From the NCBI GenBank assembly GCA_048013815.1, contig CM106586.1, positions 20,398,001 to 20,462,000 of the forward strand: a DNA stretch of 64,000 nucleotides, written 5' to 3'. Below are positions 13,101 to 23,930 of this stretch, one piece after another. The stretch comes from Setoptus koraiensis (Eukaryota > Animalia > Arthropoda). The stretch's first letter is position 1, and every line of letters starts with the position of its first letter. Under the pieces are notes generated by a model, which was not told the origin of the DNA, made no database searches, and worked only from the letters and a program-made list of their open reading frames with translations. A program made the translations under genes and the position numbers.

Positions 13101-14352
13101 CTTTCTCTCACTCTCGCATCTCAATCATCGAGTTCATAATCATATCAGCCAGTTATACAAACTAATGGCGTGATAAACGCCCGCTCTCTCTCTCTCTCCT
13201 CGCCATCAACGCAATCATTCGTTATTTCACGGGTATTGTGATTTCACATTTCAGGTCGACTTGTCGAGGCAAACACTAGTCCAATGCGCAAATCGGACAT
13301 TGTAGTCAAAAATGGAGTCATTCACATATTAGGTAGGTAGCGGCAAACAAATGCCCCATGTTGTCTGGGCAACATATAAACATATCAAGCGCATATAAAC
13401 ATATCAGACACATATCATCGCATCAAACACATATCAACTGTTGCGGATGAACGGTATCGCCGAGGCGCATCCGTAATCTGGCGCAATCCGACGCAATCCG
13501 GCGCAATCCGGCGCAATCTGGCGCGCCGAAACGCCGAGGCGCCCGGCTGTGGGTGAAACGGATGCCGTTCAAAGTGGCCAATCAACGTTGATTGATTGGC
13601 GCTATCATCATCGGTCATCTACTTAGCGTTGTCTGGTAGTCGCTAGTGGTCAGTGCAAGCAGTGGCCAGCTAAATCTTGTTGTATGCGATGTAGCGATCA
13701 ATCACTGCAACGCCAGCCAGCCAGCTAACTGGCATCACAAACAACAACAACAACAACAACGATTTTCTGGCAAGCAGCATCTAATGATGTTGCAACCGGC
13801 AACAGGAACAAGCTCCAATCAAAACGATTACAACAAAGGCTCGCGCGATACGACCCCTAGGGCTCTGTTTATGTAATTGTTGTCTGGGCAACAGCAAGCT
13901 TATTGCATAACTATCATAACTATACATATCTCGCGATAGTCGGCCATTGCGGCCGCTCAATTGTGTGTGAAAGTAAATCGTCGCTACTTTGTTGTTACAA
14001 TAATAAATGATCGATGATGATCTATCTGGAAAAACTATCACTTGTTTTGTGGGCATCATGATACTACTGATGCAATTGCGCCAATTGTTACACCAATCAA
14101 CCATAACAACAACAACAACAACAAACACACATGAATAGATAATCATGGATTAATTCGATCACATATCCGCACTATTTGCGCCGCTTCTGGCCACTTCCTT
14201 TAGCCGCTAACCAATAATCTGACCGAAACATCTATCACTTTGTGTTTGTATTTATTTGATCACTCAATTTAGATTGGTACCTATCTATCAGAGAAACTGA
14301 ATGGTGTGATCCGTTAACTAAATCCAAATCAATTGCAAAGAGGAAGAAATGA
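8025..14352 (+). CDS. Fasciclin (FAS1)-domain cell-adhesion/secreted protein, 3' four coding exons: 8025-8123, 12196-12321, 13255-13332, 14273-14352 (5' exon(s) unresolved)
   Basis: The four exons all have AG/GT ends in phase 1 and join in frame to DGPFTVFVPSNEAL...ALKEFLMYHVVNGSYFSQDLRDGQQLATL...DIVVKNGVIHILDWYL...RKK*. This contains the FAS1 H1 (TVFxPxNxA), YH and H2 (NGVIHxxD) motifs. Confidence 0.85.
8745..8852. repeat. 21-bp minisatellite built from 10-11 bp AAAGT(T)GGCC subunits
   Basis: AAAGTGGCCTAAAGTTG(C/G)GCC is repeated about 4 times. Confidence 0.85.
10198..10231. repeat. Perfect 15-bp inverted repeat with a 4-nt spacer
   Basis: TGTCAGATTAATGTC-AGAC-GACATTAATCTGACA. Confidence 0.95.
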
Positions 14353-15098
14353 GCTTTTAAATTGTATAACATATTGATATTGCATACATATTGCATAACT
14401 AAAGGCTACAAAACTAAATTTCATCAGGGAAATGAGAGTGAAGTGATATTGCCATCATCTCTTATACGCAAACAACAAACAACAACAATTGTAATTGTAA
14501 TCGTAATTGTAATTGTATTGTTTATAAATTGTGTATCTATTATAACATGGTGGCCACATACAATAATAATAAAGACTTTTTCTGGTTAGCTAACAAATAC
14601 AACAACAACAACAACAACAAACGAATTACTACAAATAATACACATCATAATCATCATCTCGTATTGTGGCCTCATTAGCACTGTCAAATAAATCCAACAA
14701 AAACACACAACCAACTGTATTCGTTACACCGTTAGACAAACAACAAAAAATACCAACAATCATAACATATTATCTTCTATGTACCATACAAAACAAATTA
14801 TATCAGAGACTCTTATGTTGGTGACTTATGTCACACACCGACAACAGCGGCGATAAACACAAATCGATCAATCCAATCAATTTAATTATATATTGTATTG
14901 CCTACATGTAGTTGGTGTTGCCAAACGCATTTAATAGAAGAAAGTTACTTCCAGGTTCCATCAATTTCATGTTGATTGCACCGACCCCTTTAGGAAGAGA
15001 ATGATTACTCTGAATAGTATAAAGAGAACAAATGTGTTTGTTGTAATGTAAAATACTAATATATATGACACACTATTATATATATATATATACTCATA

Positions 15099-15134
<36 letters not shown>

Positions 15135-15611
15135 ATAATAAAGCGATAATTTGTATTTTTTTTATAAGACATTCTATCAACATGTTCGATGGGCCCACTC
15201 AATTTCCGCTATCCTATTCTCAATACATTGATGAACAGAACTCCGACTCGAACGATCCTCTGGCGACGATTTGTTGACGTTTCAGCCAGTGATAATAGGC
15301 CAGTATGGATTAGAGCATGGGTTTCCAAATAAACAGAATGTATTGCAAATTTTGCAAAATCCGAACTACGACCAATTTCATTTATTGTAGGCCGGCCGGA
15401 TCTCGCCGTCTGATAACTAAACTAAATGCATCAAACTTGTGTATGATTGTGCGATACATTTAATCAGCTATACATGGGAGTATGGTTTTGTCTTAATAAT
15501 TCATTGTATATTATCATCCTCTAGGTTGACAAGGGAATTTACATTGTTCGCCTCTTTTTAGCAAGCCTTCAAACAGTTGTGTGTATGTGTGTAGTATGTA
15601 CAATAATTTAA

Positions 15612-16371
15612 CTATACGGAATCATCATGGTACCACCATTTAGTCTTCTTTGGGTTTTTAGAGCATGTTCTCACATATAAAGCATTATCCGGAGGGCGCC
15701 TTTTCTCCCTACAGGAGCTTAGCATTGATACTATTGATAGACAAACAGATTGGACACTTAAGGCTGGTGACCAATCCTCAGTCAGAATAGATAAACAAAT
15801 ATGTCCGTTGCTGTAGACATGGGGATGCACAGGTATATTTGGGCCAATGAATGTAACTTCTGGCGATTCAAACGGATAACCAGGACTGAATATAAATTGT
15901 AATTGAAAATGTTCTCCATCATAAAGTGACTCCTCGGCGCCATCGAGATCTACAATCCATCTGGATGAGAGCAATAAGGGGATAAAGCGAATACAATAAG
16001 CAAATTAGTGACAATGAAGACAGTGAATCATGTGTCAGTTGACAGTGGGTGAGATGTCATGTGTGGTCATCTAGACCATGTTGGTTGCTTAAATATACTA
16101 ACTGCGTAAGATTATTGTGAACATTATTAAAATTAACTTTGACGCCGGGTGGTGAGTCTTTCTGTATGGCTAGTAACTCTTTTTGTAGGCGCCTCTGTTG
16201 TTGTTGTGGATTAAATTTGTGTTTTGTTGTGATTATTTATGGATTAAGAAAAGTCACATGTGTTGTCTATGTCTCAAGATTTTATTTGTTTGAATAGTAA
16301 TGGTTGCGGATAGGTGGATAGTGCACAAAAAACAATAAAATAAGAAGCCGTCTACTGACCTGCATTGCCAT
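15612..16371 (-). CDS. UBE2W: Ubiquitin-conjugating enzyme E2 W; exons 16360-16371, 16103-16194, 15612-15960 (150 aa)
   Basis: Spliced product MAMQRRLQKELLAIQKDSPPG...QWIVDLDGA...HPHVYSNGHICLSILTEDWSPAL...KKTKWWYHDDSV matches UBE2W (YSNGHICL active site, WWxHDD end). GT-AG introns are in consistent phase. Confidence 0.95.
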
Positions 16372-17479
16372 AGTGATCACAGGGTGTCTCAATGTTTGTT
16401 TGTGACAGGTTAAATACTGGTTCTATGTATAATGTGTGATAATATTTTGTAATTATCCCAATATATTATAATAATAATAGTAATAATAATACATAATAAT
16501 TATAATCTATATACAGGGCGCACTAATTGATGCAATTGGTCCCATAATGGCCCTATGGAATTAGCCTAGATTGGTTTGTGTGCATGACAAGAAAGAGTGC
16601 GCACATAATTTTCATTGGGCATTACACACACTCTACTGTTTATACCTATACTCTGACACTCTGTTCAACACAGTCTGCTGAGAGAGCCTAGCCAATTCTG
16701 TGCCGTGAACTGTGCCCGGACTGTTTTTTAAAAAGCGATTTCCCATGGTAGTTGCATGCTACAAAAATTCATGAATAGTACCACTGGTGGATATTTTGTG
16801 AATAATTTTGCGATGCCAAGCGTCTGTGCGTCAGCAATATCGATGTGCAACACAAACCCATACTCATGAACGGCCAGTTAGGCTAGCTGTGCGCTGCACA
16901 GAATTTGCCTAAAATATCCATTTAGCAGCAGCAGAGCCAGCAGCTCTCTATGTGTGTGGTGTCTTGCCATCTGGTTGTTTTGATGGCGTCACTTTTAAAA
17001 AACTGTCCAGCTTGCAACGACAAGACCAGGTAAACTGTTGTTGGGCCGCTACTCTTGCTAATGATATAAATCTCACAAATGTCGAGTGGCAATAATCATA
17101 GAGCTCTGATTGTTCGTGCTCATTAGTGTAGCCGCGAGATTACAGTGTAATCGTTGCACTGTGTTGTCGTTGTCGTTGTTGTTGCTATTGCTGATGTTGT
17201 TGTTGTTTTGTTGCGTGCTCGCTAGGTTCGCCGGGGCTTTCGCTGGGCGAGCAGGCAAACAAGAAAACAACATCAAACCATCAGACAGGATAAAAGTTTG
17301 CCGAAACGTGCCGTATTTGCGCCCCAATTTGTCGGTGAGCCAGTGGGTCGACCCAGTCGCTATTTACACGCTATACAATATGTAGCATAACTACTAGTTT
17401 ATACTAACTGGCTGGCTCATCGCTAGTTCAGCAGACAACTGCCAAACTGTGTGTAAACTCCCGATTCTGCTGCGTCGTC

Positions 17480-18244
17480 TGTGTGCGTGTGAGCGAGAGT
17501 GTGTGTGTGTGTGCGTGTGTTGTGTGTGTGTGTGTTGTGAGTGTGTTGTGTGTGTGTCGTGAGTGTGCTGTGTGTGTGTGTGTCTGTGTTGTGAGTGTGT
17601 TGTGAGTGTGTGTGTGTGTGTTGTGTGTGTGTGTTGTGTGTGTGTGTTGTGAGTGTGTGTTGTGAGTGTGTTGTGTGTGTGTGTGCGTTGGCGAATCAGC
17701 CAGGCTCCTGTTGCTAAATCTTGTCGCTCCAAATCCAATGTGAAAGCGAGCAAGCATGCGTGCGTGTGCGCGTATCGTTGGCTCTGCTGCCGTTGTTTAG
17801 ATGCGAACATTATGCATTACTAATGCAGCATTAGTGTGTGTGTGTGTGTGTATCCCACGGCACAACAACATTCATGTCGTGAGTGTGTGTGTGTGTGTGT
17901 GTGTGCGTGAGTGTGTGTGTGTGTGTGCGTTAGGCCCGCTAATATCAATAGTGCTGGCAACACTTTGGCGTAGTATCGGGGTGTGTGTGTGTGTGTGTGC
18001 GCGCAACTCATTTCTTTTCCCAAGGCAACCAATCCTCCACTATGTGAGTGTGTGTGTCTTTCCGTGCGTGTGTGTGTGTGTGGACGGATTTGCCTACGTT
18101 GTTTTGCGCTGTGTGTGTGTGTGTGTGTGTGCGCCTGCGAGCGAGTTTGTTTTGCGCTGTGTGTGTGTGTCTGTGTGTTTGCCCGTCTGTCTGTGGCATC
18201 TATGTGTGTGAGTGTGTCTGTGTGTCTGTGCCATTATTGTGAGT

Positions 18245-18281
<37 letters not shown>

Positions 18282-18390
18282 TGTGAGTGTGAGTGTGAGT
18301 GTGAGTGTGAGTGTGAGTGTGTGTGTGTGTGTGTGCGTGTTTGTGTAGAAGTTTTCATACACTACACACACACACACACACACACTCACA
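17480..18390. repeat. ~0.9-kb interrupted (TG)n/(TGTGAG)n array
   Basis: Near-continuous TG dinucleotide tracts. Confidence 0.95.
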
Positions 18391-18974
18391 ACCAACGTTC
18401 AGTGTACTAAGTAAGTTACTGATATACATTAGAGAGAGAGAGAGAGAGAGAGACGCACCATTCTATTGTTGTTGGTTGAATTTGAAACATTATCATTATT
18501 AACTATTATTATTAATATTATTTATCAGCGAGCATTTTTAATTAATTAACAAACACTAACCAGGAGGCAAATTTTGCGAGCAACAGCGAGATAAAACTTT
18601 GGGCCAAAAGCGAGCCAAATCTTACAGCACAAGGCCATTTGCGAAAACGTCCAAACTGAGGCTATCACAGACTGGAACAGCCAAACGCAAGACACCGCGA
18701 TTTATATTTCGAACGGGCAACCCTCATCACAGAGCCGTCTGAATGAACTAAACGAAAATAGACATTTGTTGAGCTAACTCTCATTGTCTACAATTATATC
18801 ACCTATTATCTAATTGCCAGATGATAGTGGACCATCGCTACTGTATTAATGCTAGTTCGAAACAAAAACCAAATCACACCCACAGGATAGAAGAAGCAGA
18901 ATTTATTCCCAGTTAACCAATCCCGATTCACTGCATCACAATTGGCCAGTTAAATCATAACAACAACAATCAAT

Positions 18975-20540
18975 ATGAACACACGGCGACGAAATAACAA
19001 CAACAACAACAACAATGATATTGCTACAATTAATAACGCGCCACTTGCCATTGCTGCTAATGCTGCTGGCGCTACAGCTACAGCCGGCTACAGCCTTAGG
19101 TCTCAACCCGTTGTGAACACAATTGCCGCCGTTGTTGCTCAGCCGGCAAAAGCAACAACAACACGAGCTAGACAGCCCAGACAGGCGACAAGCGCCACTA
19201 AAAAAGCAGCCAGTGCCAGGAGTGCAGCCCAACAAACGGCAACAACCAATGTCGTCAACAACAACAACAACAACCACGATACAACTGGTACTAATGGGCC
19301 AACCACCGTTACCATGAGGACCATCAATAGATCCCAAATGAATATCGATAATATTGCTACCATGTCCACTGATAATATGTCTTCTACCCATAACCATCAC
19401 GCCACAACGGCCAACTACTACGCACAAGCCAATAATGGTGTGGATAGGATTCATCAGGTTTATTCAAATTTCTCATTGAATCAAATTGGTATTCATCACG
19501 GCAACAGTAACAACAATTCAGTAGCTAATAACTATCAGCACCCCATCAATCAGCATCAGCTTCAATTCCAGCACCAACCCCAGACAGCGCATCATCAACA
19601 GAGTCAAATTCATCAAAACAGACAACAAACACCATTATACACCACTATGCCACATATACAAAATATTGCTGACCACCTAAAACCATATGTTAATTGTATG
19701 ATGCCTAATGGCAAACCAAATGAGAATGGTCAACAGGCCACTGTCATGCTACAAGTGCCAATACAATTGGGCCACACTATTGACGCCGCTGGAACTCATC
19801 AGCTGTCTATTCCTAGTGAGATGCTGCCAGCAATAGTTATGCCCACAGCCAATCAACAAGCCATGGTTGTGCCACTCGCCACTCAACAACCCTGTCAAGT
19901 TTCAGCAACTAGCTCAAATATAACCAGTGGAAATGTTTTAAATGGTAACAGTACAAACAATAATAATCATTTAGATAGTTATCACTTATCTTCGCCATCC
20001 TCAATTAGATCTAGCCAATCTAATGCAAGTGGCAATAGTAAGTCAAATTTGGATTGGCTCAGCAGAAAAGAGAGACAGGCTGAAATGTCTAGAATGCGCC
20101 GCCAGGATCCAGAATATCGCAAACGTGAGGCCGAAAGGAGAAGAGCGCGAGAAAGTGATCCGGAATGGCTGGCGAGAAAGGCTGAATTGATGCGATTGAA
20201 ACGCGCCGATCCCGACTACAAGGCACACCAGGCCGCTCTTAGGAGAGCGAGAGAAAGCGATCCAGATAGACTAGCTAAACGAGCCGAACAAATGCGCCTG
20301 AAACGAGCAGATCCTGCTTATAGGGCTCATCAAGCAGAAATGCGCCGACGAAGGCGTCTAGATCCGGAATATTTGGAACGAGAAAGACTTAGAAGACAAG
20401 AATTGCGACTAGCAAGACAGTTAAACTCCTTGAATAATGGTAACAATGGATCTAATATTTCCTATGATGACGATGACGATTCCATTGATTTGTCAGCGTT
20501 TGCACCTTTGGTTGATTTTAGAGTAGAGGAGGATAGTTGA
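18975..20540 (+). CDS. Orphan 521-aa N/Q/T-rich protein with a C-terminal array of six 17-aa basic helical repeats (STPR-like, putative nucleic-acid binding)
   Basis: Long intact ORF with an in-frame TAA upstream of the ATG. Repeats are DPEYRKREAERRRARES / DPEWLARKAELMRLKRA etc., followed by an acidic tail. Confidence 0.8.
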   Translation: MNTRRRNNNNNNNNDIATINNAPLAIAANAAGATATAGYSLRSQPVVNTIAAVVAQPAKATTTRARQPRQATSATKKAASARSAAQQTATTNVVNNNNNNHDTTGTNGPTTVTMRTINRSQMNIDNIATMSTDNMSSTHNHHATTANYYAQANNGVDRIHQVYSNFSLNQIGIHHGNSNNNSVANNYQHPINQHQLQFQHQPQTAHHQQSQIHQNRQQTPLYTTMPHIQNIADHLKPYVNCMMPNGKPNENGQQATVMLQVPIQLGHTIDAAGTHQLSIPSEMLPAIVMPTANQQAMVVPLATQQPCQVSATSSNITSGNVLNGNSTNNNNHLDSYHLSSPSSIRSSQSNASGNSKSNLDWLSRKERQAEMSRMRRQDPEYRKREAERRRARESDPEWLARKAELMRLKRADPDYKAHQAALRRARESDPDRLAKRAEQMRLKRADPAYRAHQAEMRRRRRLDPEYLERERLRRQELRLARQLNSLNNGNNGSNISYDDDDDSIDLSAFAPLVDFRVEEDS

Positions 20541-20922
20541 TATTTGTCATCACACATCTAATTGGGATTGATGAATGATTGAAAGCACTACTATACATAG
20601 AGTAGTTACACACAACAATATGAACAAGAGGAAAATGAGTACATGTGATTGGATCTATCTAGTTGACTTCGACGACTACTGACTGATCTCATGTCATCTT
20701 TGTAGTTAACAAATAGCCACCAAATTCTTGGATGATTGTACATACAAACATACACATGTTATCATTGAATGGTATCACTCATAGTATGAGAATCCAAGAA
20801 TCTAAGAATTATTAAACTGTCGATGAGATAATAACATATAGAGAGACCAGTTTGATTCAAAATTTTATTCAGCCGTGAAAATGTTGTTCTACTTTTGCTC
20901 GACTCGCTGGGAGTGTTCATTG

Positions 20923-21369
20923 CTAGAAATTGAGATCTTCTTCGTTTTCCTCTGACAGCAGAATAGGTGGCGGTATTTGATCGTATTGAGCCCTTGTTGT
21001 TGTTGTAGACGATGACTTCCATACCTCATTGACAAGCTCGTAAGGAGAGACCTGGTTAATGTCCACTGACTTGGCATTAATGAGTTTCGGGTCCATAATT
21101 TGAATGAATTCCGGCGGCAACGAACTAGCGCCCACCAAGGTGGGCTCATAGAGCTTCATTTGATCTGGACGAACCAAGTTGTTGGTGTTAGATTGGTTTT
21201 GGTTGGCTTTCATGTGTGCCATGAATATTGATTGATGACCACTTTTGCTGCTGAGGTCTATGTATTTGCCAAATATAGCGCTTGTGCATGCCTTATCAGT
21301 GTATTGTACAACTAACAAAATTATCAAACTGATTAAATTTGTGACGACTTGACGCTGGGTGACGAACAT
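20923..21369 (-). CDS. Putative orphan secreted protein (148 aa)
   Basis: Single-exon ATG ORF of non-repetitive composition with an N-terminal hydrophobic stretch (LISLIILLVVQYTDKACTSA). No recognisable domain. Confidence 0.5.
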   Translation of the reverse strand: MFVTQRQVVTNLISLIILLVVQYTDKACTSAIFGKYIDLSSKSGHQSIFMAHMKANQNQSNTNNLVRPDQMKLYEPTLVGASSLPPEFIQIMDPKLINAKSVDINQVSPYELVNEVWKSSSTTTTRAQYDQIPPPILLSEENEEDLNF

Positions 21370-22221
21370 TATGATGACTTCAAGAGAATAAATTATCTAA
21401 ATGAGGGAAATATTACTAAAGTTACAGTGCATATCGTTGTTGCATGGTTTCAGCAAACATTAGCAGCGATGAGAACAAAGTTGCAAATAAAGTTGTAATG
21501 GACTCATTCGACCGCTTTATATATTGTCAGAGTTATATATTGTCAAGTTATGTATTGTCAAAGTTGCGTAAGAGCGTTGGTAACGGTGCCAGCATCAGTC
21601 ATGGCAGCGGTCAGCTTGGCTAGCTAGGAATTTTAGCGGAAAGAGAAAGAATCTTGGCACTTCTTGATCGCTGGTCATCAACAGTTGGCCTAAGGCCATG
21701 AGTTAGCCAAAAGCATTGAAAGATTATCGAGTATCAGGGATGATTCCGTTTGTTGTTGTCACTATGGTAATAACTAGCAACTTCCCGATGTTATGTAAGC
21801 AATGTGTCTCAATGTTGCCACTTGTTGTTTTGTTGCGAGTGTGTGTGACAGTTTAATAAAAGGTTCGCTGAGACAAATGGAAGCCAAGATGGACGAAGAC
21901 AATTTGCTTGGACGGCGTCCAATTTTTGAACTGGACATTCTCAGAAAAGCCAAAACAGCAGACAAGAAGGCAGCGATTGGTCCTAGACAAAAAGGTCAAT
22001 CATTTATTATGTAACAAGACAACACACACATAGTAATCAAGCTCACACATCGAGTCTCTCTCTCTCTCTCTCTCTCTCTCTGTTAGTTAGCCATTTATCG
22101 ATTGGGTCAGATTTTTCACAAGAAGTACAGTAACAAGAGGACGCAAAACAATGCTGTCACGCAGCTATGTATCAATTGATGTTATGTGTCGTCGCTGTCA
22201 TCAGCATCACACCAATAGACG

Positions 22222-22270
<49 letters not shown>

Positions 22271-23320
22271 AGAGATGACCTCTTGATAATGAAAAAGGAA
22301 CAAAACAAATAATTGAAACAATTCGTTGTAATTCAGTGTCATTTGTGTTTTGATTCAAGTTGTGCACATTAGCAAATTTAGCCTTTATTAGACAATCGAT
22401 GATTGTTGTTTGATGATGCAACAGACTAATCAACTAATTGTAGTGTCTAGATAGTGTGTGTTATGGCCTCATTGTATCATCTAATTAGAACATGTTACAA
22501 GCAAATAGATACGCTATTTCATTCAGATGCGTTCATCAGTACGTTGTAACACAATACAGTACTTTTGTCTGGTTGGGGTAATATTGGAGTAATCAGCAAT
22601 TAGGAATATCTGGCTTGTGAGTGTGTAGGTTGGTGGTCTTCAGTGGAGGTAGTTGGGCAGCTTTTTGGGGCAATCCTGATAATGTTGATAAACTTTTTAT
22701 GGCATGATTCATTTGTGTGTAGAGAGAGAGAGGACAGAATGATGTTTGGATGACGAAAGAATGGCTTTAGGAACTCGAATAAACTCACACTACTAATGCA
22801 TGCTTAGTGGATTCGTGGGCAATTGATCGGTTCTTTCGAGGGCAATTGTGCAATACTATTTGAAGGATCACAGCACAGTAGTGGGCAATTTAAAATGTAC
22901 AAATCCATCCATTCAGTTTGCATGATCTTATTGTTGCTTGCAGGCGACAACAGTTGGTCGTCTATCCAGATTTAGAAGGGCGCATCTTTGATTTGATTTG
23001 ATTTGATTGAGTGTGCTGCTGATTATGATGATTAGAGCCGAAAGCACATGCTGCATGACACAACTACTAACTAATAAATGAGTAGTTACATAATTAATTG
23101 ACTAATAAGCTCAATGTGCCTTAACTAACCATTGCGCGTGAACATGGTGATTCAGGGCTGTCTGCTTCATTCTTTTTTGTTCGCCCCATCGAATGCGTCG
23201 TGCATCAAATAAATAATTAATAAATAGATAAATATATAAATATTTGTATGTAGGCTGTTGTGATTGTAGTCAGCTACTGATGGCATCTGTAACAATGATA
23301 ATAGTGTTGCTGCAAATCTA

Positions 23321-23746
23321 TTAGTATCCACCTCCACCGTAGTGGCTGTATGAGGGAGCTGGGTAGTAGATTGGTTGAGTTTGCTTGAATATGCTGTAGT
23401 TGTTGTGGTTGTCATTGTCGGATGTGTGTGTGTGTGTGTGTGTGTGTTTGTGTCCAAAGAAAATAGTTAACAGGTTGTTTGTCAGTCGACGAATGAATAT
23501 TTGTGATGCAGTCGACATGTTATGCATGGTGCATTGATTTAATTAATTTAATGGGTCAGCTACTTACGGTATTGGGATCGGGATTGGCAGAGGCAGCAAG
23601 ATCTTCTTGCCGCCCTTGAGTAGGAGAGCGGCCAAAGCTACCTTCTTGAGCATCTTCTTTTTGCCAGCCTCGGTTTCTTGTGGAATGAAAGCGGCAACAA
23701 GTAGAGCCATGAGTATGCAAATGGAGAAAAATTGTACGAGCTTCAT
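23321..23746 (-). CDS. Small secreted Lys-rich / (L/I-P)n peptide of a chelicerate-type family; exons 23568-23746, 23321-23393 (83 aa)
   Basis: Signal peptide, then GKKKMLKKVALAALLLKGGKKILLPLPIPIPIP, a gtaagt...ctacag intron (phase 2), and the tail IFKQTQPIYYPAPSYSHYGGGGY*. Confidence 0.85.
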
Positions 23747-23924
23747 TGTTGTTGATTGTATTGTTGTATTGTTGGCAAAAAAAAAAAAAAATGCTAAATG
23801 CTGCGATTATGTAATGAATATATTCAAATGTTGATTGAGGAGACAAACTTAAATTATCTACTAACTAACTGATTGATTGCAAGTGAAAACTTATAATGAG
23901 AGATTATCAGTTGAATCGGGCCGA

Positions 23925-23930
23925 TTTATA
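23925..23930 (-). promoter_or_regulatory. Probable TATA box of the small secreted peptide gene
   Basis: TATAAA on the minus strand about 180 bp upstream of the ATG, with an initiator-like TCATT about 30 nt downstream. Confidence 0.45.

Noticed and set aside
17394-18502. (HT)n/(CV)n ORFs
   Set aside because: They are translations of the TG/CA array.
21852-22014. Exon-like frame SLRQMEAKMDEDNLLGRRPIFELDILRKAK
   Set aside because: No phase-compatible neighbouring exon and no recognisable motif.
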